Positions 52,107-62,140 of a stretch of 64,000 nt of DNA are shown piece by piece. Source of the stretch: an uncultured Actinomycetes bacterium (GTDB lineage Bacteria > Actinomycetota > Acidimicrobiia > IMCC26256 > BP-133); contig CAVRTC010000017.1 in NCBI GenBank assembly GCA_963723985.1, positions 94,108-158,107 of the forward strand. The letters are read 5' to 3'. Positions within the stretch are counted from its first letter, which is position 1. Every line of letters starts with the position of its first letter. A program made the position numbers and the translations under genes. The notes beneath the pieces are model-generated. The model worked only from the letters and a program-made list of their open reading frames with translations. It did no database searches and had not been told where the DNA came from.

Positions 52107-52143
52107 GGCACGTTCATCACGATAAGGATTTCGGGCTGAGCCC

Positions 52144-52203
52144 ACCATCCCGCCACCCGGCATCTCGGGGGTAGGGCCACCCCCACCCCCTCGATCGCGC
52201 TCG
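52144..52203 (+). repeat. About 60-bp direct repeat, copy 1
   Basis: ACCATCCCGCCACCCGGCAT...GGGGGTRGGGCCACCCCCA...GATCGCGCYCG. Confidence 0.85.
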
Positions 52204-52209
52204 GCCTCA

Positions 52210-53430
52210 TCAGTCTCTCGACGACTGGCGACCCCGACGACCTGCCCGGGCGGCGAACCGATCGAGAGCGTCGATCACCTCGGGGGTTCGCCAGAGCTGG
52301 TTGCGCTTGCGGTCGGTGAACTCGACGAGCACGTCAGCGTCCACGAGCCGCCGGAGCGATCGGTAGGTGTTCTGCGGGGCGATGCCGAGCTCGGAAGCGA
52401 CGAGCGGGGCGTTGACGACCGGGTGGCGGAGCAGCAGGTCGGCGATCCGCCAGGCGTTCGCCCCGCGGCGGGCTCGGACGTGGTCGTCCCAGCCCCGGCG
52501 GATGGCGCGCAGGTCATCGACGAGCCGGCGCCCGTTGCCGATGGCGGCGAACGCCGCCCGGGCGAACTGCTCGACGATCGGAACTGGATCCCCGTCCCGG
52601 TACCGGGTGAGGGCGGCGAAGTAAGCGTCAGTGTCGGTAAGGAGCCCGGCTGACACGGGGACCGTCACGTTCCGGGTCAGGCCCTTGTGCCGGAGGTAGG
52701 CGTGCACCAGGGCCCGTCCGACGCGGCCGTTGCCGTCGGGGAAGGGGTGGATCGTCTCGAACTGGGCGTGGGCCACCGCGGCGTGGGCGAGGACAGGGAT
52801 GTCGTCCCGGTCGATGAAGTCCACCAGATCAGCGATCGCCGCCGGCACCCCGGTGTGGTGGGGCGGGATGAACAGGGCGCCGCGGGGGCCAAGGTCGTCA
52901 CCACCGATCCAGACCTGTTCGGTCCGCCACCGACCGGCGATGACCGGGTTCGTCCGCTCGAGCAGGGCTGCATGCATGGCCAGGACGGCGACGGCGTCGA
53001 GGCGCTCGGCCAAAGCGATAGCGGCCGTCATCGCCCGCTCATTGGCGACGATGAGGGACGCGTTGCGGTCGGCGTGGGCGTGCAGCTCCGCCTCGGCGAT
53101 CGCCCGGGCCGACGCCGTGAGGTTCTCGATCTTCGATGAGGCGGCCGACTCTGAACGCAGGAGGACCGCGGCGAAGGGAGCGATCTCATGCCCGAGCTCG
53201 GCGTCGAAGCGTGCGACTTCGGCAGCGGCGTCGTCGACCAGCGCGCCGGTCTCCGGCGGCAGAGGCAGAGGCAGGGTGGCGATCTCGGGTACGACCGCCG
53301 CCCGATACGGGCCCCGCTGGCGGCGCCGGGCGGCCCGGGAGGCCGGTAGCGTCGGATCGCTCTCCCAGGACCACTCCTCGTACCCCACGGCGGGCCACCG
53401 AGCCTGACCGACCGAGTCGGCATCCGACAC
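52210..53430 (-). CDS. Fic-domain protein (class II) with C-terminal wHTH
   Basis: HPFPDGNGRVGR; inhibitory SSKIEN; RBS GGAGG before GTG. Confidence 0.92.
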   Translation of the reverse strand: MSDADSVGQARWPAVGYEEWSWESDPTLPASRAARRRQRGPYRAAVVPEIATLPLPLPPETGALVDDAAAEVARFDAELGHEIAPFAAVLLRSESAASSKIENLTASARAIAEAELHAHADRNASLIVANERAMTAAIALAERLDAVAVLAMHAALLERTNPVIAGRWRTEQVWIGGDDLGPRGALFIPPHHTGVPAAIADLVDFIDRDDIPVLAHAAVAHAQFETIHPFPDGNGRVGRALVHAYLRHKGLTRNVTVPVSAGLLTDTDAYFAALTRYRDGDPVPIVEQFARAAFAAIGNGRRLVDDLRAIRRGWDDHVRARRGANAWRIADLLLRHPVVNAPLVASELGIAPQNTYRSLRRLVDADVLVEFTDRKRNQLWRTPEVIDALDRFAARAGRRGRQSSRD

Positions 53431-53446
53431 GAACCACCTCCCGTAC

Positions 53447-53471
53447 GTATCACTTGTACAACAAGTGATAC
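53447..53471. promoter_or_regulatory. Perfect 11-3-11 palindromic operator upstream of fic
   Basis: GTATCACTTGT-ACA-ACAAGTGATAC. Confidence 0.7.
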
Positions 53472-53512
53472 TAATGTTTCTGGCTTTCCAGGCGGCAACC
53501 CGGGCGTGGCCA

Positions 53513-53571
53513 ACCATCCCGCCACCCGGCATGAATGGGGGTGGGGCCACCCCCATTCCGGATCGCGCCCG
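53513..53571 (+). repeat. About 60-bp direct repeat, copy 2
   Basis: Matches 52144-52203; contains hairpin GAATGGGGGTG-GGGC-CACCCCCATTC. Confidence 0.85.
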
Positions 53572-53608
53572 ATCGGTGCCGCGTCCTCTACGATGAGCCG
53601 TTCCCAGC

Positions 53609-53680
53609 GGGCGGTTAGCTCAGGGGTAGAGCACCTCCTTGACGCGGAGGGGGTCAGAGGTTCAAATCCTCTACCGCCCA
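53609..53680 (+). tRNA. tRNA-Val(GAC)
   Basis: GGGCGG/CCGCCC acceptor, CCTCC-TTGACGC-GGAGG anticodon arm, GGTTCAAATCC T-arm; CCA not encoded. Confidence 0.97.
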
Positions 53681-53741
53681 CAGGTAAAAGAGCAGGTCAG
53701 GGGCACTTTCGGGTGTCCCTGATTCGCGTCCGGAACGCTGT

Positions 53742-53774
53742 CGTGCCACGAACGTGCCACAACGAAATGGCACG
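53742..53774. repeat. Probable integrase arm-type sites
   Basis: CGTGCCAC twice at 11-bp period plus inverted TGGCACG. Confidence 0.55.
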
Positions 53775-53779
53775 AGCGG

Positions 53780-54943
53780 TCATTCCGGGCTCCTGGAGGC
53801 CACTCCGGGAAGCTTCCGCACCTCGGCTTGGGAGGGTTTCGCGGGGGCCGTGTAGCCCGCTTCGAGGCGCTCCATCACTGTCCCCTCGTGCCCGGGGAAG
53901 AGATGGCCGTAGCGGTCGAGCACGACAGAGACGGACGTGTGCCCGGCCCAGGTGGCGATCTGCTTGGGACTGCCTCCCTGGGCGATCCAGAGGGCAACCG
54001 CGGTGTGGCGCAGGTCGTGCGGCCGGAGGGGCGCCAGATGGGCCTCGACGATTGCCGGCGCCCAGTGCCGGGCCCGCCATTGCCGGGCCCGCAGCGCGCC
54101 CCCGTCCGGGCCGGCGAAGACGAGCGCGTCGGGTTCGGGCGCTACAAACCGCTCGAGGTGGATGGCGAGCTCCCCGGCGACCGGGCGGGGGAGCGGCACC
54201 TGCCGCCGCCCAGCTCTGGTCTTCGGCCCTCCAGCCATCAGCTCACCCCGCACTTCGACCATCTTCTCGACCACATCAATGCGGGAGCGGAGCACGTCGA
54301 CCCGGCCGCGGCGCAGCCCGGCCATCTCGCCGATGCGGAGGCCGCCGTACCCGCCGACGAGAACCAGGGCCCGGTAACGAGGGTTGATCACGGACGCGAG
54401 CTGCGCGAGGTCGGCGGGGGAGAGGAATCGCATCTCCCTGTGCTGCACCTTCGGCAGCGGAACGTTGCGGCATGGCGAGATGGCGAGCAGCCCGGCGTCG
54501 ACGGCGGCAGCGAGAGCCTTCGAGAGCACCTGATACGCCTTGTGGACCGTGTTGGGAGCGAGACCGGCTGCTGTGAGGTCGGCGACCCAGGACCGGACGT
54601 CCAGCTGGCCGATGTCGGCAATGGCGGCGGAGCCGAAGGCCGGGAGGATGTGCCCTCGGAGGAGCCATTCGTCGCGCACCCGGGTCGTAGGCGCCAGGTC
54701 GGTCGTCGTCGCCCACCACTCGTCGACCCAGTCGGACAGCTGGCGGCGGCCGAGCGCCGGGCTGGCCCACTGGCCGCGCAGGCCATCGGTGATCGCGATG
54801 GCGACGGCGCGGTCTGCGTCGGCTTTGGCGGCGAAGCTCCCCAGGGACTCGAGCCGGTTGGTGCGGGGGTCGCGAATCCGGGCCTGCCATCGCCCGGAGG
54901 GCAGGCGCCGGACACTTCCTGCGGTCCGCCGTCGTGTGGGCAT
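53780..54943 (-). CDS. Tyrosine integrase
   Basis: GSVRRLPSGRWQAR, GLRIGE, HDLRH, AGH, DRYGH. Confidence 0.95.
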   Translation of the reverse strand: MPTRRRTAGSVRRLPSGRWQARIRDPRTNRLESLGSFAAKADADRAVAIAITDGLRGQWASPALGRRQLSDWVDEWWATTTDLAPTTRVRDEWLLRGHILPAFGSAAIADIGQLDVRSWVADLTAAGLAPNTVHKAYQVLSKALAAAVDAGLLAISPCRNVPLPKVQHREMRFLSPADLAQLASVINPRYRALVLVGGYGGLRIGEMAGLRRGRVDVLRSRIDVVEKMVEVRGELMAGGPKTRAGRRQVPLPRPVAGELAIHLERFVAPEPDALVFAGPDGGALRARQWRARHWAPAIVEAHLAPLRPHDLRHTAVALWIAQGGSPKQIATWAGHTSVSVVLDRYGHLFPGHEGTVMERLEAGYTAPAKPSQAEVRKLPGVASRSPE

Positions 54944-55103
54944 GTGAGACCTCCATCAGTCTCTGGTCCGTTTTGGACCCAGCTGCGCTCCCAGAACGCA
55001 GCCGGACGGTGGGACCAACTCTAAGGCCAGGGAGCGACAACCGGCCTTGGCCGGAGTGGACTGCACAACGTCCACCCCGGCCGGCTCGGTTCGGGTCTGA
55101 GGA

Positions 55104-55313
55104 TCAGGCGGGTCGTCGCCGACTGGCATCGAGCCACTCGCCGATCTCGTCGGGATCGAAACGCAGCAGGTGCCCCCACTTCACATAGGGGATGCGGCGC
55201 TCGGCGACGAGCCGGCGGACGTGCCGCTCGCTCACGGCGAGATGCTCGGCCACGCCGGCGATGTCGAGGAGCCGCGGCAGGCGACGACTGCTCAGGTTGT
55301 CCGGGTTGGGCAT
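55104..55313 (-). CDS. Excisionase-like HTH protein
   Basis: LLDIAGVAEHL.VSERHVRRL...IPYVKWG..LRFD; RBS AGGAGG. Confidence 0.9.
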   Translation of the reverse strand: MPNPDNLSSRRLPRLLDIAGVAEHLAVSERHVRRLVAERRIPYVKWGHLLRFDPDEIGEWLDASRRRPA

Positions 55314-55651
55314 GCACACCTCCTTTCTCACTTGCACCTATGCGCGTCGAGGAGGCCGTTTCCGACACGCGACACACGAATTTCTTGCCGGAAGGCGCCG
55401 GTCGGGCGCGAGGAACCTCCACCCATAGAACTGGGCGCCGGAGCCGAAACGGACCAGAACTTCTCCGCGGAGCCCCAAGATTGGCCCCTGGAGGCCATGC
55501 CAGCCGCAGAGCTTCAACAGCCCCAGATGCCGTTCTTCCTTCGCCCACCAGTCACCTCCACTCGAGAGGACTGGCGCGCGGGACGGTGGTTCGCGACAGG
55601 GCAATCGAATTTGGCGCCGGGTGTTGGAGCCCCGTCTAGTAAATTAGGCAG

Positions 55652-56059
55652 ATGACGAGCCAGACCCTCATCCGGATGCTGACCGGCCGTCGGTTCAAGG
55701 TCGTTGTCCGCCGGGACCCCGAGGATTCCAAGGCTTGGCTGGTGAACGTCGCCGGCGAGTCGGGCGCGCACACGTTCGGTCGTTCCTTGGCCGAGGCCAA
55801 GCGTCACGGCATCGAGGTCGTAGCGCTCTGGTTCGAGCTTGAGCCCGACCAGTTCGAGATCGACTGGGATATCCGTCTCGGTGATCTGTCGAAACCCGTC
55901 AACCAGGCAAGAGCTGCGATCGCACATGCCGAAGCCGACCGGCAGCGCCGGGACGACGCCGTCCGAGCGCTCACCGCTGCCGGGATGAGCTACCGAGACG
56001 TGGCTGAACTGCTTGGGCTCTCCCACCAGCGGGTCGCTCAGATCGCTCGGGCGTCATGA
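55652..56059 (+). CDS. HicB-like antitoxin with C-terminal HTH
   Basis: WLVNV...AHTFGRSLAEA; GMSYRDVAELLGLSHQRVAQI. Confidence 0.8.
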   Translation: MTSQTLIRMLTGRRFKVVVRRDPEDSKAWLVNVAGESGAHTFGRSLAEAKRHGIEVVALWFELEPDQFEIDWDIRLGDLSKPVNQARAAIAHAEADRQRRDDAVRALTAAGMSYRDVAELLGLSHQRVAQIARAS

Positions 56060-56351
56060 CCGAACGGGAGGCGGGCGCAACGTAACGCCCGGCGCCCAGG
56101 GCGCCGACGACGGACCGACATCGAAGCGCTCGTCGGCACGAGGGATACAGCGCCTGTCCTTCGGCCCGCCGGTGCCGTGCCGGAAGTCCCTTCCTACGAA
56201 CGATTACGGCATATGCCGTACCTGTCCGTCAACGCCCGTGACGCCTCTTCAGTACTGAATCGCGACCGCTACTCCCACTGATTATCCGTAAATCACCGAC
56301 TACCAAATAACCTTCCCAAGCCTCTATCCAGTCGCCCTGAGTCATGATTTC

Positions 56352-59300
56352 ATGACCGTCAAAGAGGACACCCCTGCACCGGGGGTGCGGCAAGGGGGCG
56401 GGCACACTCTGAACGGGTTGGTCCCGATGATGTCGGGCAGCTGGGAGTACTACGACCACGAGGTCTCGGTGGACGACTACTACGCCGGCCACGGTGAGGA
56501 GGCCGGTCAGTGGGTCGGCTCCGGCGCGGCGCTGCTCGGCTTGTCGGGGACAGTCGAGGACGGCCAGCTCGCCCCTCTGTTCGACGAGGGCCGCCACCCG
56601 GTGACCGGGGTACCGCTGGGCTTGCCTTACCGCCACGACTCCAAGCGGAGAGTGGTGACCGGATTCGCGCTGTCGTTCTCTCCGCCGAAGTCGGTGTCCC
56701 TCCTCGGCGCCTTTGGCAGCGAATCGGTGGCGCAGGAGGTGAACGCCGCGCATGACGCTGCTGTGCACGCGGCACTGAACTTCCTGGAGGAGCATGCGGC
56801 GTTCTCTCGTACCGGGCGGGGTGGCTTCGTCCAGGTGGACACCGAGGGGTTCGTGGCCGCGGCCTTCAAGCACCGGACCTCGCGGGCCGGCGATCCCCAG
56901 ATGCATTCGCATGTCCTCGTGGCCAACAAGGTCCGCTGTACTGACGGTCAATGGCGGTCATTGGACGGGCGTGAATTATTCGCCTTTCAGAAGGCCTCCG
57001 GCATGCTCTACAACGCCGCGCTACGAGTTGAACTGTCAGCTCGACTCGGCGTCGCTTGGAAGCCGGTGGACCGTAACGGCCAGGCCGACATGGAGGGAGT
57101 CCCGCGCACCCTGATCGAACTATTCTCGAAGCGCCGCCATGATGTGGAACGACGCGGGACACAGCGCATCGCCACGGCCGAGGCCGGACTCGGGCGGACG
57201 TTGACAGACGACGAGCGCGCCGACCAGTTCCAGCGCGCCACGTACGAGACCCGTCCGGACAAGACCCACGAGGACGAGGAGACCCTCGGCGGACGGTGGC
57301 GGACGGAAGCGGACGCCGCCGGATGGGATCCCGGCCGGTGGCTTTCGGACACCCTCGGCAGGGAGCACGGCGCCTCGCCCATGTCGATCGGTCCGGCAGA
57401 CCCGGGCGTTGTCGCCGACATCGTGGCCGAGCTCAGCGAAGGGCGCTCGACCTGGAGTCGGGCCGAAGTCGCCAAGGCCGCCGCCCGGTGCCTACCGCCA
57501 GGCCTTGGCGAGAGCGCAGAGGCCGGCCGAGCCTGGATCGAGGAAACGTGCTCGGCTGTGCTCTCCAACCCAGAGATCATCACGCTGGCCTCGCCGCTGT
57601 CTGCAGACGTCCCGGCGGGACTGCGCCGCCGGGACGGACTCGCCGGGCACGAGCGCCATGGCGCTACCCGCTTTACCACCCGGCAGACCCTGGCCCGGGA
57701 GGCGACGGTCCTCGATGCTGTCGTGCGGGGCCGCGAACGCGGCTGTGGCTACGGCGGGGACCGCTCAGGTTCGGGCGATCGCCCGGGCTCACGGCCTTGC
57801 ACCCGACCAGACCGTTGCGCTGCGGCGCGTCTGCGAGGGCGGCGAGCGGATCGTCTGCATCGTCGGGCCTGCCGGGGCGGGCAAGACGCGCCTCGTCGCC
57901 GCCGCCCGGGACGTCTGGGCTGCGAACGGCGTGCCCGTCCGGGGACTCGCCGTCTCGGCGGTGGCGGCCGGCGTACTGGCCCAGGAGACCGGCATCGCCT
58001 CGGACACGGTGGCGAAGTTCCTCTACGACCGGATGCGGGGGAGCGACGCGTCAGGCGGACTCCGCCCGGGTGAAGCCGTCGTCGTCGACGAGGCCGCCAT
58101 GGTTTCCACCGCGGATCTCGCCGGCCTAGTCGAAGCCGTCGAGGCGGCAGACGCCAAGCTCGTGCTCGTCGGCGATCACCGCCAACTCGGCGCGGTCGAG
58201 GCTGGTGGCCTCTTCCGCCTTCTCGTCACCGACAGTCGCGCTGCCGAGCTCCACAACATCCACCGGTTCGCGTCCGGGTGGGAGGCCGCGGCCAGCCTGG
58301 GGCTCCGCAACGGGGACGAGTCGGTCCTCGGCGACTATGACGCCCACGACCGCATTCGCGGCGGGACCAGGGAGGCGATGCTCGAGAATGCCTTCGGCGC
58401 CTGGCGGGCCGCTCGGGCCGCCGGAGAGTCCATCGTGGTCCTCGCCCCGGATCACGCCACGGTCGACGCCCTGGCGCTGCGGGCCCGGGCCGAGCTGGTT
58501 GCCGCCGGTGAGGTGGAAGCGGGCGGGATCACGGTTGGAGTCCAGACCGTCGGCCAGGGGGATGAGATCGTCACCACCCGCAACGACCGTCGGTTCATCA
58601 CCACCGACGGCCTCTGGGTTCGCAACGGCGACCGCTGGCACGTCGACGCCCGCCGGGACGACGGTGCCCTGGTCGTCTCGCGCCTCGACGGCGCAGGCCG
58701 GGTCGTCCTTCCGGCGGACTACACGGCCGAGCACGTCACGCTGGCCTACGCCCTCACGGTCCATAAGGCCCAGGGCGTCACGGTCGACCGGGCCGTCCTC
58801 CTAGCCGACTCAGCCACCACCGCTGAGCACCTCTACGTCGGAATGACACGAGGCCGGTTCGAGAACCGGGTCTGTGTCATCACCGACGCCGCCACTACGG
58901 GCCACGGCGGTCATCGCCCGGATGAGCCCACGGAGGTCCTCGCCAAGGTGATGAGGCGCTCGTCGGCGGAGACGTCCGCCACCGAGAAACTCCGGAGAGA
59001 ACTCGCCGACAGCGAAGATCCCGTCGTCCTGCGCCGGCTCTGGGAACAAGCCCGGACCTTCATCGAGGTCGGCGCCGGCCCGAACCGGCTCCCCGAACTC
59101 CGCCGCCTCGAGAAGCTCCGGGACGATCTTCCGATCCTCGAAGGCATCGCAGCCGTGAAGAAGGAACAACTCGACGGGACGGAGCAGGCCATTGCCGCGA
59201 CCCGCCAGGACCTGGCGGCCGCCGGAGCCCGGCTCGAAACCTTGATGCGACGACGCTTCTTCCGACGGCCCGATCACGAAGCCGTCGACAGGCTGACGCT

Positions 59301-59763
59301 GGGAATTCAAGCGCGGAGAAGCCGCCTCATCGAACTCCAGCACCAACGCAACGCCCAATCCGCCGACCTGCGACGCAGCGAACGGCGGCTCGCCGACGCC
59401 CAACGGAACATCGAGCGCATCCCCGAGGTGGAGGCGGCCGTCTCCCGGCGGAAGGACTGGACGTCCGAGCACACCGCCGAACTCGACTGGGAAGCCGATC
59501 TCCGTTCCCGTCTCAGCCGAGACGTCGATCACGACGACCCCGCCCCTCCCGAGCAGATCCAGCCCGACCGGCAGCGTGAATACGATCTCGGCGACTTCGA
59601 CATCGACCTGCGCACCGTCAACCTCTGGAGTCGCGGCAGCGGATCCGGCCTCCAACGCCGCCTCGAAGACGCCCTCGGCCCCGCCCGTTTCCGCAACGGA
59701 CCCGACGTACCGCATCCCACTCTTCCTGGCCACGGCCTCGACGGGCCGGACTTCGGCCCGTGA
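56352..59763 (+). CDS. MobF (TrwC-like) relaxase-helicase, one indel near 57745; start may be near 56410
   Basis: EYY...DYY, FSPPKSVS, HRTSRAGDPQMHSH, FSKR, GPAGAGKT, VDEA, GDHRQL, YALTVHKAQG. Confidence 0.93.
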
Positions 59764-59952
59764 GGGCCCGTGCCTTGTCCGGCCAGTGGGACGAGCCCGA
59801 CAGGACGACCTCGGGCGGCGAGCGGCCGGTTGGTTCGCAGTTGGCAGCCCTTGGGCTGCTCAAGGTATTCGCCGTGTTCCCGGCGCAGCGCCCTTCCTAG
59901 CGCTGGGCCCATCCCACAAGACCGGGGCGCAATCTGCGAGGCTCGGAACCCC

Positions 59953-60150
59953 ATGGACGAGAGAAGAGAGCCGCCGAGGCAGATCTGGTACGACCTCGAC
60001 GAGGCGATCGACCTTCTCGCCGTCCTGGAGGATGCCCAGCTGACCGCGCTCGACGCCGGGGCCCTGGCCCTCGTGATGGTCCTCGAACACCAGATCGAGC
60101 TCCTCCACCGTAAGCTGGAGATAGGCGACGCAGGAGGAGCAGATGCCTGA
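59953..60150 (+). CDS. Small helical hypothetical protein
   Basis: 65 aa, overlaps next gene. Confidence 0.6.
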   Translation: MDERREPPRQIWYDLDEAIDLLAVLEDAQLTALDAGALALVMVLEHQIELLHRKLEIGDAGGADA

Positions 60151-60340
60151 CGAGACGGCGGCCCATGAGGCTCATGCTCTTGGGGCCCTGACGATGGCGG
60201 AGGCCGCTCGTCGCATCGGCGTCCCGACCCGGGAAATCGTCGAGGCCGTCGTAGAGCGCCGGATCCGCTTCATCATGGTCCGCGGCATCGCCCACATTCC
60301 AGAAGATGCACTGCAGGACTATCCGGCCAAGGCGTCCTGA
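60143..60340 (+). CDS. Small HTH (excisionase-like) protein
   Basis: LTMAEAARRIGV...RRIRF...IPEDAL; RBS GGAGG. Confidence 0.75.
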   Translation: MPDETAAHEAHALGALTMAEAARRIGVPTREIVEAVVERRIRFIMVRGIAHIPEDALQDYPAKAS

Positions 60341-60503
60341 GCCGGGCGTTCGTAGGAGACCCCGGCTACCCGGCGAGGTAATCGGCCCGCATTCGCTGAT
60401 ACCGAGCGGTTCGGCGGCGGCGGTCGGACGCCAAGAACCCGACCTATAACGAGGCACGTTCGCGCCAGCCAAGTCGACCCGGGCCGACTGATCGTCGCTC
60501 GAT

Positions 60504-60517
60504 GTTATGGGTGGTTC
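60504..60517. repeat. 14-bp inverted repeat, left copy
   Basis: GTTATGGGTGGTTC. Confidence 0.7.
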
Positions 60518-60583
60518 CACTGGTTACCTGGCGGGACCGATTCGTCGCTATGTGCGCCGAGCGCTCGCCCTTCGCTTCTGGAC

Positions 60584-61015
60584 TCAGAGCAAGTCGACTT
60601 GCCTCAACACGGTCGCATGGTCCCAATAGATCCGCTCGCAGGCGATGCGGTCGTCTCGGAACTGGACGACGACAACAAAGTCGACCTCTACCTTCCGGTT
60701 CGTCGGCGAAAGGCCGGGCAGAAACCAGTCCATCTGTTTTGTGTGGGTGAAGCTGGCGTGGAGTTCGTCGACGAGCTGGTTGTCTCCGACGACGCGGTTC
60801 ACCGGCAGCATCTGCTGATCGTCGGGCCATGAAGGGATGAAGACGTCACGATAGAAAGCGCGCAGTTCTTCCTTGCCCCGGCCGCCGGTGTTCACGGGCA
60901 TGTGCTTGATGTACGCGTCATCGACCATGGTGGCGAGCGTGCCCTCCACATCCTTGGTTCCGAACTCTCCTTCGAGGTGTTCGGACCAGAGGCGCTCCAT
61001 TTCCTTGGGCTCCAT
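60584..61015 (-). CDS. SnoaL-like / ester cyclase family protein
   Basis: EF.TKDVEGTLATM, P..TGGRG, LVDE, FTHT..MDWFLPG, ERIYWD. Confidence 0.85.
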   Translation of the reverse strand: MEPKEMERLWSEHLEGEFGTKDVEGTLATMVDDAYIKHMPVNTGGRGKEELRAFYRDVFIPSWPDDQQMLPVNRVVGDNQLVDELHASFTHTKQMDWFLPGLSPTNRKVEVDFVVVVQFRDDRIACERIYWDHATVLRQVDLL

Positions 61016-61123
61016 GAGCACACCCCCGCTCTCGGCTGCGCCCCAGCATCGCATGCCTACTACGAGCCACCCATACTCGTCGATCGGGAACTGCCGGCTA
61101 CGTAAGCGGGCCCGAGGCCGCTC

Positions 61124-61137
61124 GAACCACCCATAAC
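61124..61137. repeat. 14-bp inverted repeat, right copy
   Basis: GAACCACCCATAAC. Confidence 0.7.
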
Positions 61138-61227
61138 CGCCACCATGCGCTGCGTCGCCAACGACCGGTCTGCGCCGAGGATTAGTCTGGGCCCGGCCGA
61201 ATCCTTCTGCCCGTCCTCGGCCTTAGC

Positions 61228-62140
61228 TTAGGCGCCGGCGCGGCGGTACTGATCGGGCGGGTAGGTTCCAGCAGCGACGCAGGCTGACGACCAAGTGTTC
61301 AACTTCTCGATGACCTCGTTGATGGCGGCGCCGAGAGCGGCGACGACGGGTTCCTCGAGCGCATCCGTTTGCGCCTCGATGGTTTCGCGGACCTCGAGGC
61401 CCCGAGCGGTGAGCTGTTCGTCGGCGACCAGACCCTTTGCCTCCAGCCCGGCGACGCAGTCAGCGATGTCGCCGGGCGACCACCCGTAGATGCCGGAGTG
61501 GGAGCCGAGGGGCGTGCCCAGCCAGAGTTCCAGCAACGTGTGCATCTCCAGTGGCTTCAGCCCGGCGATGGTGTAGACGGCGAGGTGACCGTCGCCCCGA
61601 CGCTCCCGCAGCGCCTCGCACGACCGCCACAGCACGCCGATCGGCTCCTTAGGCCATACGAGAGCCCGGATCCCGGAGAAGAGGGGTCGGCAGGTGCCAT
61701 CGACGGCGTCGACCGCCTGCCGGAGGGCGTCGGCGACCGGAGCAACCTCCTCGTCGGCGACGCCGAGCACCTTTGTGAGGCTCTCGATCACCGACGACTG
61801 GCGGGCGGCGAGCAGGCGGTCCCGCCCGCAGGCCTTCCGCCCCGCCTCGTGGAGCGCGGTGAGCAGCTGCGGTTCCCAGGTGCCGAAAGTGGCCAGCACG
61901 ACCGCCGCCGGCGGGTCACCGAGGGCGGCGGCCCGGCCCCAGACCAGGCCGGGGAGGAACTCCAGCCCGACGTCGGCCAGGGCGTCGACGACGTGGCGGG
62001 ACCAGACGGTGTGCTGGCCGATGGGTTCCATGGCGTCGCGGAGGCGCCGGGCCGGGCTGGCATCCACGGTGGGAGGCGGGCGGCGGGGCGTCGTCGGGCA
62101 TGAGGTGGAAGAGGCCCGTCACCGCATCGTCGTAGTTCAC
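61228..62140 (-). CDS. SCO6745-family protein
   Basis: RRLRDAMEP, GRAAALG, RPLFSG, LRERRGDGH, GWS, RETIEAQTD; GTGA overlap; indel near 62070. Confidence 0.8.

Larger units (their letters stand above)
53681..60500. mobile_element. Integrative mobilizable element at tRNA-Val (right boundary uncertain)
   Basis: Integrase next to tRNA 3' end, excisionase, MobF relaxase-helicase, no T4SS; no attR copy found. Confidence 0.75.

Noticed and set aside
60444-60510. Integron attC site (TAAC...GTTA, about 60 bp)
   Set aside because: Internal L boxes and hairpin symmetry are poor, and the nearby integrase looks phage/ICE-type rather than IntI
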